A stretch of DNA of 64,000 nt from Candidatus Daviesbacteria bacterium. GTDB lineage: Bacteria; Patescibacteriota; Microgenomatia; Daviesbacterales; UBA10151. The DNA is taken from positions 142,563-206,562 of the forward strand of contig JACPKP010000004.1 of NCBI GenBank assembly GCA_016186955.1, read 5' to 3'. The notes under the pieces are model-generated. The model was given only the letters and a program-made list of their open reading frames with translations. It did no database searches and had not been told where the DNA came from. Both the position numbers and the translations under genes were made by a program. The stretch's first letter is position 1. Each line of letters opens with the position of its first letter. Shown piece after piece: positions 47,136 through 56,451 of this stretch.

Positions 47136-48260
47136 CTAAATCATACTAATGAACTCATCAAACAGATACTCAGCATCAGTCGGACCTGGGCTAGCCTCAG
47201 GGTGAAACTGGACAGCCAGAAATGGCTTTTTTTTATGCCTGATTCCCTCATTGGAACCATCATTTAAATTAATAAACCATTCACTCCAACCCAAAGGCAT
47301 GCTTGTAAAATTAACGGCAAAACCGTGATTTTGGCTGGTTATAATGGCTTTTTTAGTAATGAGATTTTGGACAGGTTGGTTTTGGCCCCGATGGCCAAAT
47401 TTCAGTTTGTATGTATCTCCGCCTGCAGCCAAAGCCAGCAGCTGGCTGCCCAGACAAATCCCGAATACAGGGACAGATTGGCTCAACAAATTTTTTATAG
47501 TTAGTATTGTATCCTTGGAATTTTTGGGGTTGCCCGGCCCGTTGGAGATTAAAACTCCGTCAAAATTCCATTTTTCCTCAATAGGGTCAAAATTCCAGGG
47601 AGCAACAGTTACCCTAAGCTTACGCTTCAGCAGACTCCTGATGATGTTTTGTTTGGCGCCACAATCTATCACCACAACATTTTTTTTGCCTGTTCCATAT
47701 GTTTGGGGTTTTTCAATTGAAACAAACTGCAAAACATTTTCTAGATTTGGATTGTAAATTTCATTTTTGTCATTCTGAACTTGATTCAGAATCTTTCCTG
47801 CATTAGAATGGATTCCCGCTTTCGCTCGCCTCGCTGAAGCTTCGGCGAAGCGGGCGGGAATGACAGTAAGCCGTCCCAACATTGCTCCTTGAGATCTTAA
47901 CTTGGTTGTCAAAGCTCTGGTGTCTATCCCCTGCAAAGCAGGAATACCTTCTTTTTTGAGCCACTCACCCAAACTCATGATGCTTGCAAAGTGGGAGGGG
48001 GAATCAATGTAATTTTGGACAATAAGACCCCTTACCCAAATCTTCCTGGACTCAAAATATTTAGGGTTAGGTACTCCATAGCTTCCAATAATGGGGTAGG
48101 TGAGGACTAAAATTTGGCCAAAGTAGCTGGGGTCTGTCAGGCTCTCGGGGTAACCCACCATCCCTGTATTAAAAACAACCTCCCCTGAGCTTGAAACATC
48201 AGCCCCGAAAGATTCACCTATAAAGGTAGCGCCATCAGATAGAATTAATTTCCCCTGCAA
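47136..48260 (-). CDS. carA: Carbamoyl-phosphate synthase small subunit (glutamine amidotransferase)
   Basis: GATase catalytic 'GICLGSQ' and 'HGFAV...QFHPE' are present. It carries an ~18-aa in-frame insertion encoded by a palindromic repeat. Confidence 0.85.
   Translation of the reverse strand: MQGKLILSDGATFIGESFGADVSSSGEVVFNTGMVGYPESLTDPSYFGQILVLTYPIIGSYGVPNPKYFESRKIWVRGLIVQNYIDSPSHFASIMSLGEWLKKEGIPALQGIDTRALTTKLRSQGAMLGRLTVIPARFAEASARRAKAGIHSNAGKILNQVQNDKNEIYNPNLENVLQFVSIEKPQTYGTGKKNVVVIDCGAKQNIIRSLLKRKLRVTVAPWNFDPIEEKWNFDGVLISNGPGNPKNSKDTILTIKNLLSQSVPVFGICLGSQLLALAAGGDTYKLKFGHRGQNQPVQNLITKKAIITSQNHGFAVNFTSMPLGWSEWFINLNDGSNEGIRHKKKPFLAVQFHPEASPGPTDAEYLFDEFISMI
47811..47864. repeat. 54-nt RPE-like palindromic repeat inserted in-frame within carA
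   Basis: On the coding strand it reads gtcattcccgcccgcttcgccgaagcttcagcgaggcgagcgaaagcgggaatc. This translates to 'VIPARFAEASARRAKAGI' between conserved CarA blocks. Confidence 0.75.
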
Positions 48261-48353
48261 GCTTTAACCAGTCTAAAGAAAATTGATATCCGATGTCAAT
48301 TGCCAATTTGAGTAATTTTTGAAAATTTGCAACTTATAGGTTATAATTAGGTA

Positions 48354-49499
48354 ATGGCGGTCATACTCAAAAATATCCCAAAAATTGATGACGTTGAAAC
48401 AACAATCCGGATTTTAAACCATCTGGGTGTCAAAACCCTCCTTACCGGAGACAAGCTTGAAATAGAAGCCCTAACTGTCAAAACACATATCTTACCTTCT
48501 GATTTAATGAGGAAGTTGCGTGGTTCAATAGTTTTAGTGGGTTCAATTCTGGCAAGACAAGGTAAGGCCCAGTTTTCTTTTCCGGGCGGAGATATTGTCG
48601 GCAAAAGAAGCATTGATACACATCTTAAAGGGTTTAGAAACCTTGGGTTTAAAGTGCTGAAAAACGACTTAAATTTTCTGATTTCAAAAGGGACTGGGGA
48701 AAGAGAAGATATTTTCCTGGATGAAGCTTCAGTAACAGCAACAGAAAACTTGATCCTGGCTTCTGTTTTGAGCCAGGGTAAAATTACTCTGAAAAATTGT
48801 GCAACAGAACCTCATGTGACGGACCTATGTCTGATGCTCAATAAAATGGGCGCTGACATTAAAGGGGTTGGGACACACACATTAAATATAAAGGGGGCAA
48901 AAAAATTGAAAGGGACGCAGTTTAAGCTTGGCGCAGATTATCTGGAAATGGGGACTTATGCTGTTGCCGCTGCCATAACAGGAGGAAAAATCGGACTTAA
49001 AAACTGCAGCATCAGAGATCTTGAACCAGTGGTTTACCCTCTTAAAAAAATGGGGATTGAGCTTGAAAAAAATAAGGGGATTATTTATGCATATTCTAAA
49101 AATATTTTATCCATACCAAAGCTGCATACCAATATTTGGCCGGGGTTCCCCACAGACCTGATGAGCGCTCTTATTGTTTTGGCAACCCAAGCCAAAGGTA
49201 TTTCGCTCCTGCATGACTGGATGTATGAAACAAGGATGTTTTTTGTAGATAAACTGGTCAATATGGGCGCTGATATCACTATCTCTGACCCGCACCGGGT
49301 TTTAGTCTACGGCCCGAGTAAACTCTATGGCAGGGAGCTGGAGACACCGGACATCAGGGCCGGTATGGCTTTAGTTCTGGCAGCTCTTATTGCCAAAGGG
49401 GAAAGCGTTATCAACAAAGCTGAACTGATTGACAGAGGCTATGAGGATGTGGAGGGAAAACTCTCTTCCCTGGGCGCAGATATTCAAAAGATAGATTAA
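48354..49499 (+). CDS. murA: UDP-N-acetylglucosamine 1-carboxyvinyltransferase (MurA), Asp-type active site
   Basis: EPT fold. 'FPGGDIVGKRSIDTHL' matches the MurA active-site loop with Asp replacing the fosfomycin-target Cys. It appears ~35 aa shorter at the N-terminus than typical MurA. Confidence 0.75.
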   Translation: MAVILKNIPKIDDVETTIRILNHLGVKTLLTGDKLEIEALTVKTHILPSDLMRKLRGSIVLVGSILARQGKAQFSFPGGDIVGKRSIDTHLKGFRNLGFKVLKNDLNFLISKGTGEREDIFLDEASVTATENLILASVLSQGKITLKNCATEPHVTDLCLMLNKMGADIKGVGTHTLNIKGAKKLKGTQFKLGADYLEMGTYAVAAAITGGKIGLKNCSIRDLEPVVYPLKKMGIELEKNKGIIYAYSKNILSIPKLHTNIWPGFPTDLMSALIVLATQAKGISLLHDWMYETRMFFVDKLVNMGADITISDPHRVLVYGPSKLYGRELETPDIRAGMALVLAALIAKGESVINKAELIDRGYEDVEGKLSSLGADIQKID

Positions 49500-49509
49500 T
49501 CATATCTTC

Positions 49510-50943
49510 TTGTTTCTTACTGCTTGTGGTAAATTACCACTTGTGAATATAGAACTTGGCAGACCAAAGGAACATTGCGGAATAGTGGGTATTTATGGGG
49601 TAGAGGATGCCGCCAGGGATGTTTACTTCGGTTTGTTCGCGCTTCAGCATCGGGGCCAGGAAAGCGCCGGCATTAGCTCCGCTTATGGAAAATATATTTT
49701 TACCCGTGCAGACATGGGGTTAATCCCTGCAGTATTTGATGAGGAAGATATCACTAAGTTGGTGGGGGATATGGCAATAGGACACACACGGTACTCTACT
49801 TACGGCGGCTCTAAAAAAGAATATTGCCAACCCGTAAGTTTGGATAAAAATCTGGTTTTGGCACACAACGGCAACTTACCTATCACTAAACCGCTTGAGG
49901 ATTTTTTAGATTCCAAGGGTATTGATTGGAATAATTGTAATGACACTATGCTGATGTATAAAGCAATAAATTACAACCTCAAACGGGGATCAGGGTTATC
50001 TGATGCGGTTGAGCAAATTTACCATTTGGTGGATGGTGTTTATGCCTGTATAGCTATGACCGCAAGGGAGTTTGTTGTTTTCCAGGACCGCTGCGCTATC
50101 AAACCCTTGTGTATGGGTAAGGTAGGAAAATCAGGATATATCTTTGCTTCCGAAACCTGTGCCCTGGACACTATTGGCGCAAAGTTTACGGAAGAGATAA
50201 AACCCGGAGAGATGCTTGTTTTAAAAGATAATAAGATGAGGCGGAAACAGGTGACGGCAGGAGATCTTAAAAGAGACAGTTGGGAATTTGTTTATTTCGC
50301 CAGGCCGGATAGTGTAATGCTTGGAAGAAGTATTGGGATAGTTAGACTCACACTTGGAAAACTTTTGGCACAACAATATCCAACTGACGCAGATATTGTA
50401 ATAGGAGTGCCTAACTCAGGCACTACCGCCTCAATTGGCTATGCCCAGGAGTCCGGTATTCCCTGGCAGGAAGGACTGATTAAAAATAATTATATCGGCA
50501 GAACCTTCATACAACCAAATAAAAGATCAGAGTTGGTAAGATTAAAATTAAATCCAATTGAAGAGATAATTAGCGGAAAAAGAATTGTTTTGGTTGACGA
50601 TTCAATTGTCAGAGGAACAACTACCCCGAAAGTGATTAACATTTTAAGAAATAAAGGCGCCAGAGAAGTACATATGCGCATTCCTGCACCCCCGTATAAA
50701 TGGCCTGATTATTATGGCACTGACACCCCCATACAGGAAGGGTTGATTGCAGCTAAAAATAGCGAAGAGGAAATCCGCAAATTTATTGGCGCAGATTCAT
50801 TAAGGTATCTGTCCTTTGAGGCAACCATCCGGGCTATTGGTTTGCCGGAAAACCAACTTTCTACCTCCTGGTTTACCGGTGTTTACCCAATTCCAATCGG
50901 GGAGTTGGCAAATAATATTAAGGGGCTAAAAACTAATGCTTGA
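49510..50943 (+). CDS. purF: Amidophosphoribosyltransferase
   Basis: Ntn 'CGIVGIYG' after a short propeptide. PRTase motif 'VLVDDSIVRGTT'. Confidence 0.85.
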   Translation: MFLTACGKLPLVNIELGRPKEHCGIVGIYGVEDAARDVYFGLFALQHRGQESAGISSAYGKYIFTRADMGLIPAVFDEEDITKLVGDMAIGHTRYSTYGGSKKEYCQPVSLDKNLVLAHNGNLPITKPLEDFLDSKGIDWNNCNDTMLMYKAINYNLKRGSGLSDAVEQIYHLVDGVYACIAMTAREFVVFQDRCAIKPLCMGKVGKSGYIFASETCALDTIGAKFTEEIKPGEMLVLKDNKMRRKQVTAGDLKRDSWEFVYFARPDSVMLGRSIGIVRLTLGKLLAQQYPTDADIVIGVPNSGTTASIGYAQESGIPWQEGLIKNNYIGRTFIQPNKRSELVRLKLNPIEEIISGKRIVLVDDSIVRGTTTPKVINILRNKGAREVHMRIPAPPYKWPDYYGTDTPIQEGLIAAKNSEEEIRKFIGADSLRYLSFEATIRAIGLPENQLSTSWFTGVYPIPIGELANNIKGLKTNA

Positions 50944-50991
50944 CTTGATATCCCCATAATCGTTAAACTAATAAAAGTTTCTAAAAGAGAG

Positions 50992-51330
50992 GTGGTGATT
51001 TTATTGAACCCAAATAACCCAAATCAAAACGATCCTAATAATCAATCAGGCGACGGAGATCAGCCTATGGCTCAACCGGCTGATGATCAAACACCAGCAG
51101 ATACCGGAACTACCACTCCATCAATGGGTGATACAGCTGCTTCAACTGCAGAAACAACCCCAATGGGAGGAATGGACCAGGGTATGGGAACTATGACAGG
51201 AGACACAACCGGGCAACCGGCTGCTCCAGCTCAAGATACAGGGATGGCAGAAGCGCCGGCTATGGGAGATCAAACTGCACCGGTAGCTGAAAATACCTCA
51301 GGTGGAGACAATTCAGGTCAACCTCAGTAG
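50992..51330 (+). CDS. Low-complexity Met/Thr/Gly/Asp/Pro-rich intrinsically disordered protein
   Basis: RBS AGGTGGTG. There is no hydrophobic segment. Composition is highly biased and GC is locally elevated. Confidence 0.3.
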   Translation: MVILLNPNNPNQNDPNNQSGDGDQPMAQPADDQTPADTGTTTPSMGDTAASTAETTPMGGMDQGMGTMTGDTTGQPAAPAQDTGMAEAPAMGDQTAPVAENTSGGDNSGQPQ

Positions 51331-51436
51331 AGCAATATCCTGTCTTTTGAATTTGTTTTAGCTAGTCTAACGGCTAGTAATTGGTGTGCAAAAAACACCA
51401 ATGGAGAAATCCATTAACGTTTTTTGTCTGCCCATA

Positions 51437-51511
51437 TGGAGCGGGGGACGGGATTCGCACCCGCGACCTTCTCGTTGGCAACGAGACATTCTACTGCTGA
51501 ACTACCCCCGC
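51437..51511 (-). tRNA. tRNA-Gly (GCC), CCA encoded
   Basis: Cloverleaf built by hand: acceptor gcggggg/cccccgc, anticodon loop TTGCCAA, T-loop TGCGAAT, 3' CCA. Confidence 0.85.
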
Positions 51512-51522
51512 AATACACACAA

Positions 51523-52680
51523 TTATATAAGATTGGTCAGCAGATTAGCAAACTGCCTTACAGCCCGGTCTGCCTCAAAAATATCACCCAAGCTTGGGCT
51601 ATATTTTGGGGTGTGTTTTGCTAAAACATTTTCTACCACTTCAGGGATTTTGTAAAAGGGCAGCATGCCATTTAAAAAAGCTTCCACTGCAATATCATTG
51701 GCGACGTTTAATACTGCCGGGTACGTTCCTCCTGATTTAGCAGATTCAATAGCCAGCCTTAAACAGCGGAATGTCTCAGTATCCGGCTCTTCAAATGATA
51801 GTGTCGGGTAGTCAGCAAAAGATAATTTCCTGAAATTATTTTGGATTCTCCTACCCGGGTATAACAGGGCATATTGGATAGGCAAGCGCATGTCAGGAGC
51901 TCCCATTTGTGCAATCACCGACCCATCAACAAACTCCACTGCAGAATGTATGACTGATTGTGGATGGATTATTATGTTTATCTGATCCATGGGTAAACCG
52001 AACAACCAGTGCGCTTCTATCGCCTCAAACCCTTTATTCATTAAGGTCGCGCTGTCAACTGTGATTTTTTTGCCCATCTTCCAATTTGGATGGTTTAATG
52101 CATCCTGTAAGGTCACACTTTTGAGTTGCTCCGTATTTAATCCACGAAACGGGCCGCCGGAACAAGTCAGATAAATTTTACTTACTTGTTCAATGCAATG
52201 GTTTTGGAGGCATTGGAAAATGGCAGAGTGTTCAGAGTCTATCGGTAAAATTTGTGCCTTTGCTTTTTCTGCTGCATCCATAACAACATTGCCTGCTGCA
52301 ACCAAAACCTCTTTTGTGGCTAAAGCTACCTTTTTTTTAGCCTCAATTGCTGCAATAGTAGGTATTATCCCCGGTAAACCAGGTGTCGCTACTACAACCC
52401 TATCAACCTTCTCTGAGGTAGCAGCCAAAACATTACCAAAATCGCCCCAATAAATTAATTCATACCCGTCAAACATCTGATTTAAAATTTTGGCAGAATT
52501 TTTATTCTTTACAGAAACTAAAGCCGGGGAAAACTGTTTAATTTGTTCTGATAACAATTTGGTGTTTGAGCCGGCAGTCAGGGCATAAGCCCTTAAAGAA
52601 TCTTTATGTTGTTTTATAACTTCCAGGGCTTGGGAGCCAATTGAACCGGTAGAACCCAAAATTGCAATGTTTTCCTTCAT
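51523..52680 (-). CDS. dxr: 1-deoxy-D-xylulose 5-phosphate reductoisomerase
   Basis: 'MKENIAILGSTGSIGSQAL', 'LPIDSEHSAIFQCL' and 'LTCSGGPFR' are present. The start is set at Met35 because the upstream extension reads through a GC-rich repeat region. Confidence 0.85.
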   Translation of the reverse strand: MKENIAILGSTGSIGSQALEVIKQHKDSLRAYALTAGSNTKLLSEQIKQFSPALVSVKNKNSAKILNQMFDGYELIYWGDFGNVLAATSEKVDRVVVATPGLPGIIPTIAAIEAKKKVALATKEVLVAAGNVVMDAAEKAKAQILPIDSEHSAIFQCLQNHCIEQVSKIYLTCSGGPFRGLNTEQLKSVTLQDALNHPNWKMGKKITVDSATLMNKGFEAIEAHWLFGLPMDQINIIIHPQSVIHSAVEFVDGSVIAQMGAPDMRLPIQYALLYPGRRIQNNFRKLSFADYPTLSFEEPDTETFRCLRLAIESAKSGGTYPAVLNVANDIAVEAFLNGMLPFYKIPEVVENVLAKHTPKYSPSLGDIFEADRAVRQFANLLTNLI

Positions 52681-52757
52681 TTTTGTATAATAGCAGATAC
52701 AGCCGCAATTGCCAACGTGGTCAAGGCGGGCGCCTGAAGAGCGTCTTATCTCAGTCC

Positions 52758-52853
52758 GATTCTGGGTTGCGGCACCGAGCACCTGCGAGGTGCAAAAAAC
52801 CAGATCAAGGTTCTGACGCGAAGCGTCATGGTTCTTATTCTGGGTTGCGGCAC
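52758..52853. repeat. Two copies of 17-nt direct repeat ATTCTGGGTTGCGGCAC 79 bp apart, with short GC hairpins, in the dxr leader
   Basis: Copies at 52758-52775 and 52837-52853. Hairpins gcacc-tgcga-ggtgc and gacgcg-a-agcgtc. Confidence 0.5.
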
Positions 52854-52857
52854 AAAT

Positions 52858-53988
52858 TTAATCTTTTACAAGCATATAACCCAATTTCTTATGGCTTTCT
52901 ATCCCATATCCTGAAGAGATAAATCCGGGATTTTTTCTCAGCCTGTAAATTAAAGCATCCAGCGCCCAATCCGAAACCTCGGAAGAATCCTCCCAAACAG
53001 CATTAAAAATGTTTTCTTTAGAAACAAGCACTCCCTGATTATGCCTTAGGAGCCTGAAAAGTTTTGCCTCTTTTACCGGGAGCTTTAAAGGAGAAGCTGA
53101 CTGAATATATTCCGACAGAAGCGGGCTAAAAATTTCATACCCTCTGTTTTTTTTAATAACCATCCCCACATTTGATAGGTATTCATCAATATTATCTGAA
53201 ACCTTACCTGATGCAATTTTTTGCAGCTGCTTTTTTTGCCTGTAATTTAAGCTTTCATAAATTTCCCTCATCTGTAATTTTACAAAATGGTCAAGCAGAA
53301 GATTTTCACCTTTTTCGGACTTTGCAAGAATCTGGTAAAGCTGGCTGTGGCCGCCGGAAAGTTTTAAAAGAGTATCTTGTCTTTTCCTTTCCGCCGGGGT
53401 AAGGAGTTTAATCTTTAAAAGTTTCTCCATATCCTCACTGGAATAAGGCTTTAGGTAAATATATTTTGAGACAAGGTTTAAGTTGGTTCCGGAAATTGCT
53501 TCAGGAGCTATCTCGTACAGGGGTTTGATTGAAGTCAGGATTACCACAATCCTATGGGGATCTACATTCCTCAATGTCCTTAAGTTGGCAAAAAAATTCT
53601 TGTCAAACTCTTTTTCAAGCTGGTCGAAACGGTTAAACACAATGACAATTTTGTTGTGTTTCCGCACAAGCTCTTCAAGCCTCTTTCTGCACAAGTCCAG
53701 CAGCTCCTGTTCATTTTCTTTCTCCGTTTCCTGACCCATCTCTTTGAGTAAAGCCTTATAAAAATCCTCCTTGGTTAAATTGGCAAGGGTGTACATGTCA
53801 ACAAAGATAAAATAGGCCGGGTATTTCATCGCCAAAAAACGAAGCAAAAAAGAGACCCCCACACCAGTCATCGCTATGGTTGTAAAGGTTATCCCGCTAT
53901 CAATCAGGTCGCTGATTTTACTGAAATTCTCCCGGCAAAATTGGGGGTCAAGTTGTCCCTCTTTAAATTTGTATTTTGGATTAAGCAT
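52858..53988 (-). CDS. Putative regulator: degenerate P-loop NTPase-like N-domain + C-terminal OmpR/PhoB-type winged helix
   Basis: C-terminal 'LTPAE...LFRLLRHNQGVLVSKENIFNAVWED...ALDALIYRLRKN...GYGIES..GYML' fits trans_reg_C. N-terminal 'TGVGVS' is Walker-A-like but lacks Lys. Confidence 0.4.
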   Translation of the reverse strand: MLNPKYKFKEGQLDPQFCRENFSKISDLIDSGITFTTIAMTGVGVSFLLRFLAMKYPAYFIFVDMYTLANLTKEDFYKALLKEMGQETEKENEQELLDLCRKRLEELVRKHNKIVIVFNRFDQLEKEFDKNFFANLRTLRNVDPHRIVVILTSIKPLYEIAPEAISGTNLNLVSKYIYLKPYSSEDMEKLLKIKLLTPAERKRQDTLLKLSGGHSQLYQILAKSEKGENLLLDHFVKLQMREIYESLNYRQKKQLQKIASGKVSDNIDEYLSNVGMVIKKNRGYEIFSPLLSEYIQSASPLKLPVKEAKLFRLLRHNQGVLVSKENIFNAVWEDSSEVSDWALDALIYRLRKNPGFISSGYGIESHKKLGYMLVKD

Positions 53989-54036
53989 AGATACGTCAGG
54001 ATTATATCAGTTTTTTATCAAGCTGTCAAATAATTT

Positions 54037-54450
54037 TTGGGTTATAGTTTTAACATGATCGAAAAAGATAGTAAAAACACGTCTGAGTTTGTTGGAAATT
54101 TACCACTGCTTATAGACCGGTACCGTGATACAAGGGCTGGTGACACTTATGTGGAACCTGTAAGCTACAGCGAGCAGTTTTTGGTCTCGGAAAAATTTAC
54201 CCAAAGGCAAATTGAGGTTTTAGCAGAATTTATAACATCCAAACGCTTAGAGCCTGTTTTGATTAAAGTATCAACTATACACACATACAATGAATTCAGG
54301 GAACCTTCATACTGGGCTTCCCTCGTTATAAGCTGCAAAGATGAAAAAAATTTCCATGAGCTGATAAAAAAACATAACAGTAAAGAGGCTGATTATGACA
54401 GCTGGTTAAAACCGGGGGGTTGGATCCAGCAGGATGATCTTGGGAGGTGA
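54037..54450 (+). CDS. Hypothetical protein
   Basis: ORF only. Confidence 0.3.
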   Translation: MGYSFNMIEKDSKNTSEFVGNLPLLIDRYRDTRAGDTYVEPVSYSEQFLVSEKFTQRQIEVLAEFITSKRLEPVLIKVSTIHTYNEFREPSYWASLVISCKDEKNFHELIKKHNSKEADYDSWLKPGGWIQQDDLGR

Positions 54451-54655
54451 AATTTTTATGAAGGAGACAGAAATTCTAGTATTGGAAAAAGGCTCAAGTT
54501 GGGAAAAGATGGATAATGAAAGTCTGCACCTTTGGATTGATGCCTTAAATTTGACAATTGAACATATAGAAAAGATTTTAGAGGGCAGGGAAAGAAAGAC
54601 AAAGCCTAACCCGGTGTTTGCAGACAGGCGTTATTTTTTCCATTGTGATGATTAA
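54434..54655 (+). CDS. Hypothetical small protein
   Basis: ORF only. It overlaps the previous stop. Confidence 0.2.
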   Translation: MILGGEIFMKETEILVLEKGSSWEKMDNESLHLWIDALNLTIEHIEKILEGRERKTKPNPVFADRRYFFHCDD

Positions 54656-54671
54656 AAATTAGTTTAAAATT

Positions 54672-55340
54672 ATGGAAAATATTAATTTTGATCTTTACTT
54701 AATCAGGCACGGGGAATCTGAGGCAAACCGCAAAAAAAATATTATATGCGGCAGGAGTCCTAATGCCCCCTTAACCCGTAAAGGCAGGCTTCAGGCTAAA
54801 AGTCTTGGCCAAAGGCTGGCCGGGGAAGGCATAAAATTTGACAAAGTTTTTTCTTCCCCGTTTGTCAGGGCTCTTGACACATGCGATCTGGCAGTTGAAC
54901 CCACGGGGTTCCGGCCTGATCGGGTAATAATAGATGATGCGCTTGTGGAGATGAGCCAGGGAGAATGGGAAGGAAGGATCAGAGAACAAGTTTATATTAA
55001 GGATGTCCTGATTGATATGAACAGCCAGGGTAAGTTTTTCCTGCCGGAGGGGGGAGAATCACAAAGGCTGATAGAAAGAAGGGCTTCCAACTGGTTTGAA
55101 GACAATATTTTATACAACAGTGAGTTTTATGATGGCGTTCATAGGACATTCGCTGTTTTTACCCACACACAGTGGGTTCGGGCATTCCTTCATTACGTTA
55201 TGGGGTTTAACGACAGGCTTATCCATAAGATCGCCATAGATAATGCCTCCTTAACCAGACTGTACTTTGATAAATCAGGTTGGGGAATAGGCCCGCAGTT
55301 TAACGACACATCACATCTAAAAATAGAAGAACCTAAATGA
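54672..55340 (+). CDS. Histidine phosphatase (phosphoglycerate-mutase-like) family protein, paralog 1
   Basis: 'LIRHGESEANR' (RHG motif). Confidence 0.7.
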   Translation: MENINFDLYLIRHGESEANRKKNIICGRSPNAPLTRKGRLQAKSLGQRLAGEGIKFDKVFSSPFVRALDTCDLAVEPTGFRPDRVIIDDALVEMSQGEWEGRIREQVYIKDVLIDMNSQGKFFLPEGGESQRLIERRASNWFEDNILYNSEFYDGVHRTFAVFTHTQWVRAFLHYVMGFNDRLIHKIAIDNASLTRLYFDKSGWGIGPQFNDTSHLKIEEPK

Positions 55341-55353
55341 AGGGGGGTGAAAT

Positions 55354-55764
55354 ATGAATATTGAAAAAAAAGACAACGACATGAAAACTTCGGAATGGTT
55401 TGTGAAATATCTGCAAAGCCATGAGAATTATTGCATGGAAGATGACATACTTGAAGAAATATTGACAATGGAGGAAGAGGGTGTAGAGGATTTGGTGGCT
55501 GTTGTAAATGATAAAAAAGCACGGGGAATTTTCAGGGCTGCTGCAATAGACAGACTCTCACACCTGATACGGGATACTCAAAAAGAGCGCTTTTTGGATA
55601 TCTTGAGGATCAACTGTGATAAAGATACCGAGCACATTGACGAAGTAAGGGAGCATTGTTTCGGATGGAGATATTACCTGGAAGAAGATAAGCAGTCCTT
55701 GAATCAGGAGGCTTTGAAGGATCCTAATTTCAACATACAGTGGTTGGGAACTTTTGAGGATTAG
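55354..55764 (+). CDS. Hypothetical acidic protein
   Basis: ORF only. It lies between the two histidine-phosphatase paralogs. Confidence 0.3.
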   Translation: MNIEKKDNDMKTSEWFVKYLQSHENYCMEDDILEEILTMEEEGVEDLVAVVNDKKARGIFRAAAIDRLSHLIRDTQKERFLDILRINCDKDTEHIDEVREHCFGWRYYLEEDKQSLNQEALKDPNFNIQWLGTFED

Positions 55765-55812
55765 GTCAAAAAGTGTGGTAATATCCCATTAGAGTCAATA
55801 ATTTGATAATTT

Positions 55813-56451
55813 ATGCTTCATGAAAATACAGAACTGACAATATATCTGATCAGGCATGGGGAGTCTGAGGCAAACCTTAGGGCAGACAGTTTTGGAAACA
55901 AGTTAACACCGCTGACCAAAAAAGGGCAAAGGCAGGCAATCAGACTGGGCAAACTACTCAAAAAAGAGGGTGTTATATTTGATAAGGTTTACAGCTCCCC
56001 GTTGCCCAGAAGCCTGCAAACCTGCCAACTGGTGGTAGGAGAGCTCGGTTACCCTTTTGACCAGGTAGTCCAGGTTCAGGCGCTAGAGGAGATTGATGCG
56101 GGTATCTGGGAGGGAAAAATCAGGGATGATGTTCTGACACCGGAGATAGCATTGCGGATGAGCAGAAAAGGGGACCTGTTTGCCCCGGTAAATGGTGAAT
56201 CATGGAGAATGGTCAGAAGGCGTATTGCCAACTGGTTTGATGATGAGATACTTTATAATCCAGCCTATCTCACAAAACGTCAAACCTTAGGGGTGTTTGG
56301 TCATGCAACTGCAGACAAACTGCTGCTTCAAGATTTGATTAATTTTGATACTGCTTTTTTAAATAAAATGCATTTCGGGAATACAGGGTATATTAAGCTT
56401 TTTTTAAATAAGGACGGTATATCCATCCATAAATTTATCTCCCACCCCTAA
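55813..56451 (+). CDS. Histidine phosphatase family protein, paralog 2
   Basis: 'LIRHGESEANL'. It parallels paralog 1 along its length. Confidence 0.7.
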   Translation: MLHENTELTIYLIRHGESEANLRADSFGNKLTPLTKKGQRQAIRLGKLLKKEGVIFDKVYSSPLPRSLQTCQLVVGELGYPFDQVVQVQALEEIDAGIWEGKIRDDVLTPEIALRMSRKGDLFAPVNGESWRMVRRRIANWFDDEILYNPAYLTKRQTLGVFGHATADKLLLQDLINFDTAFLNKMHFGNTGYIKLFLNKDGISIHKFISHP

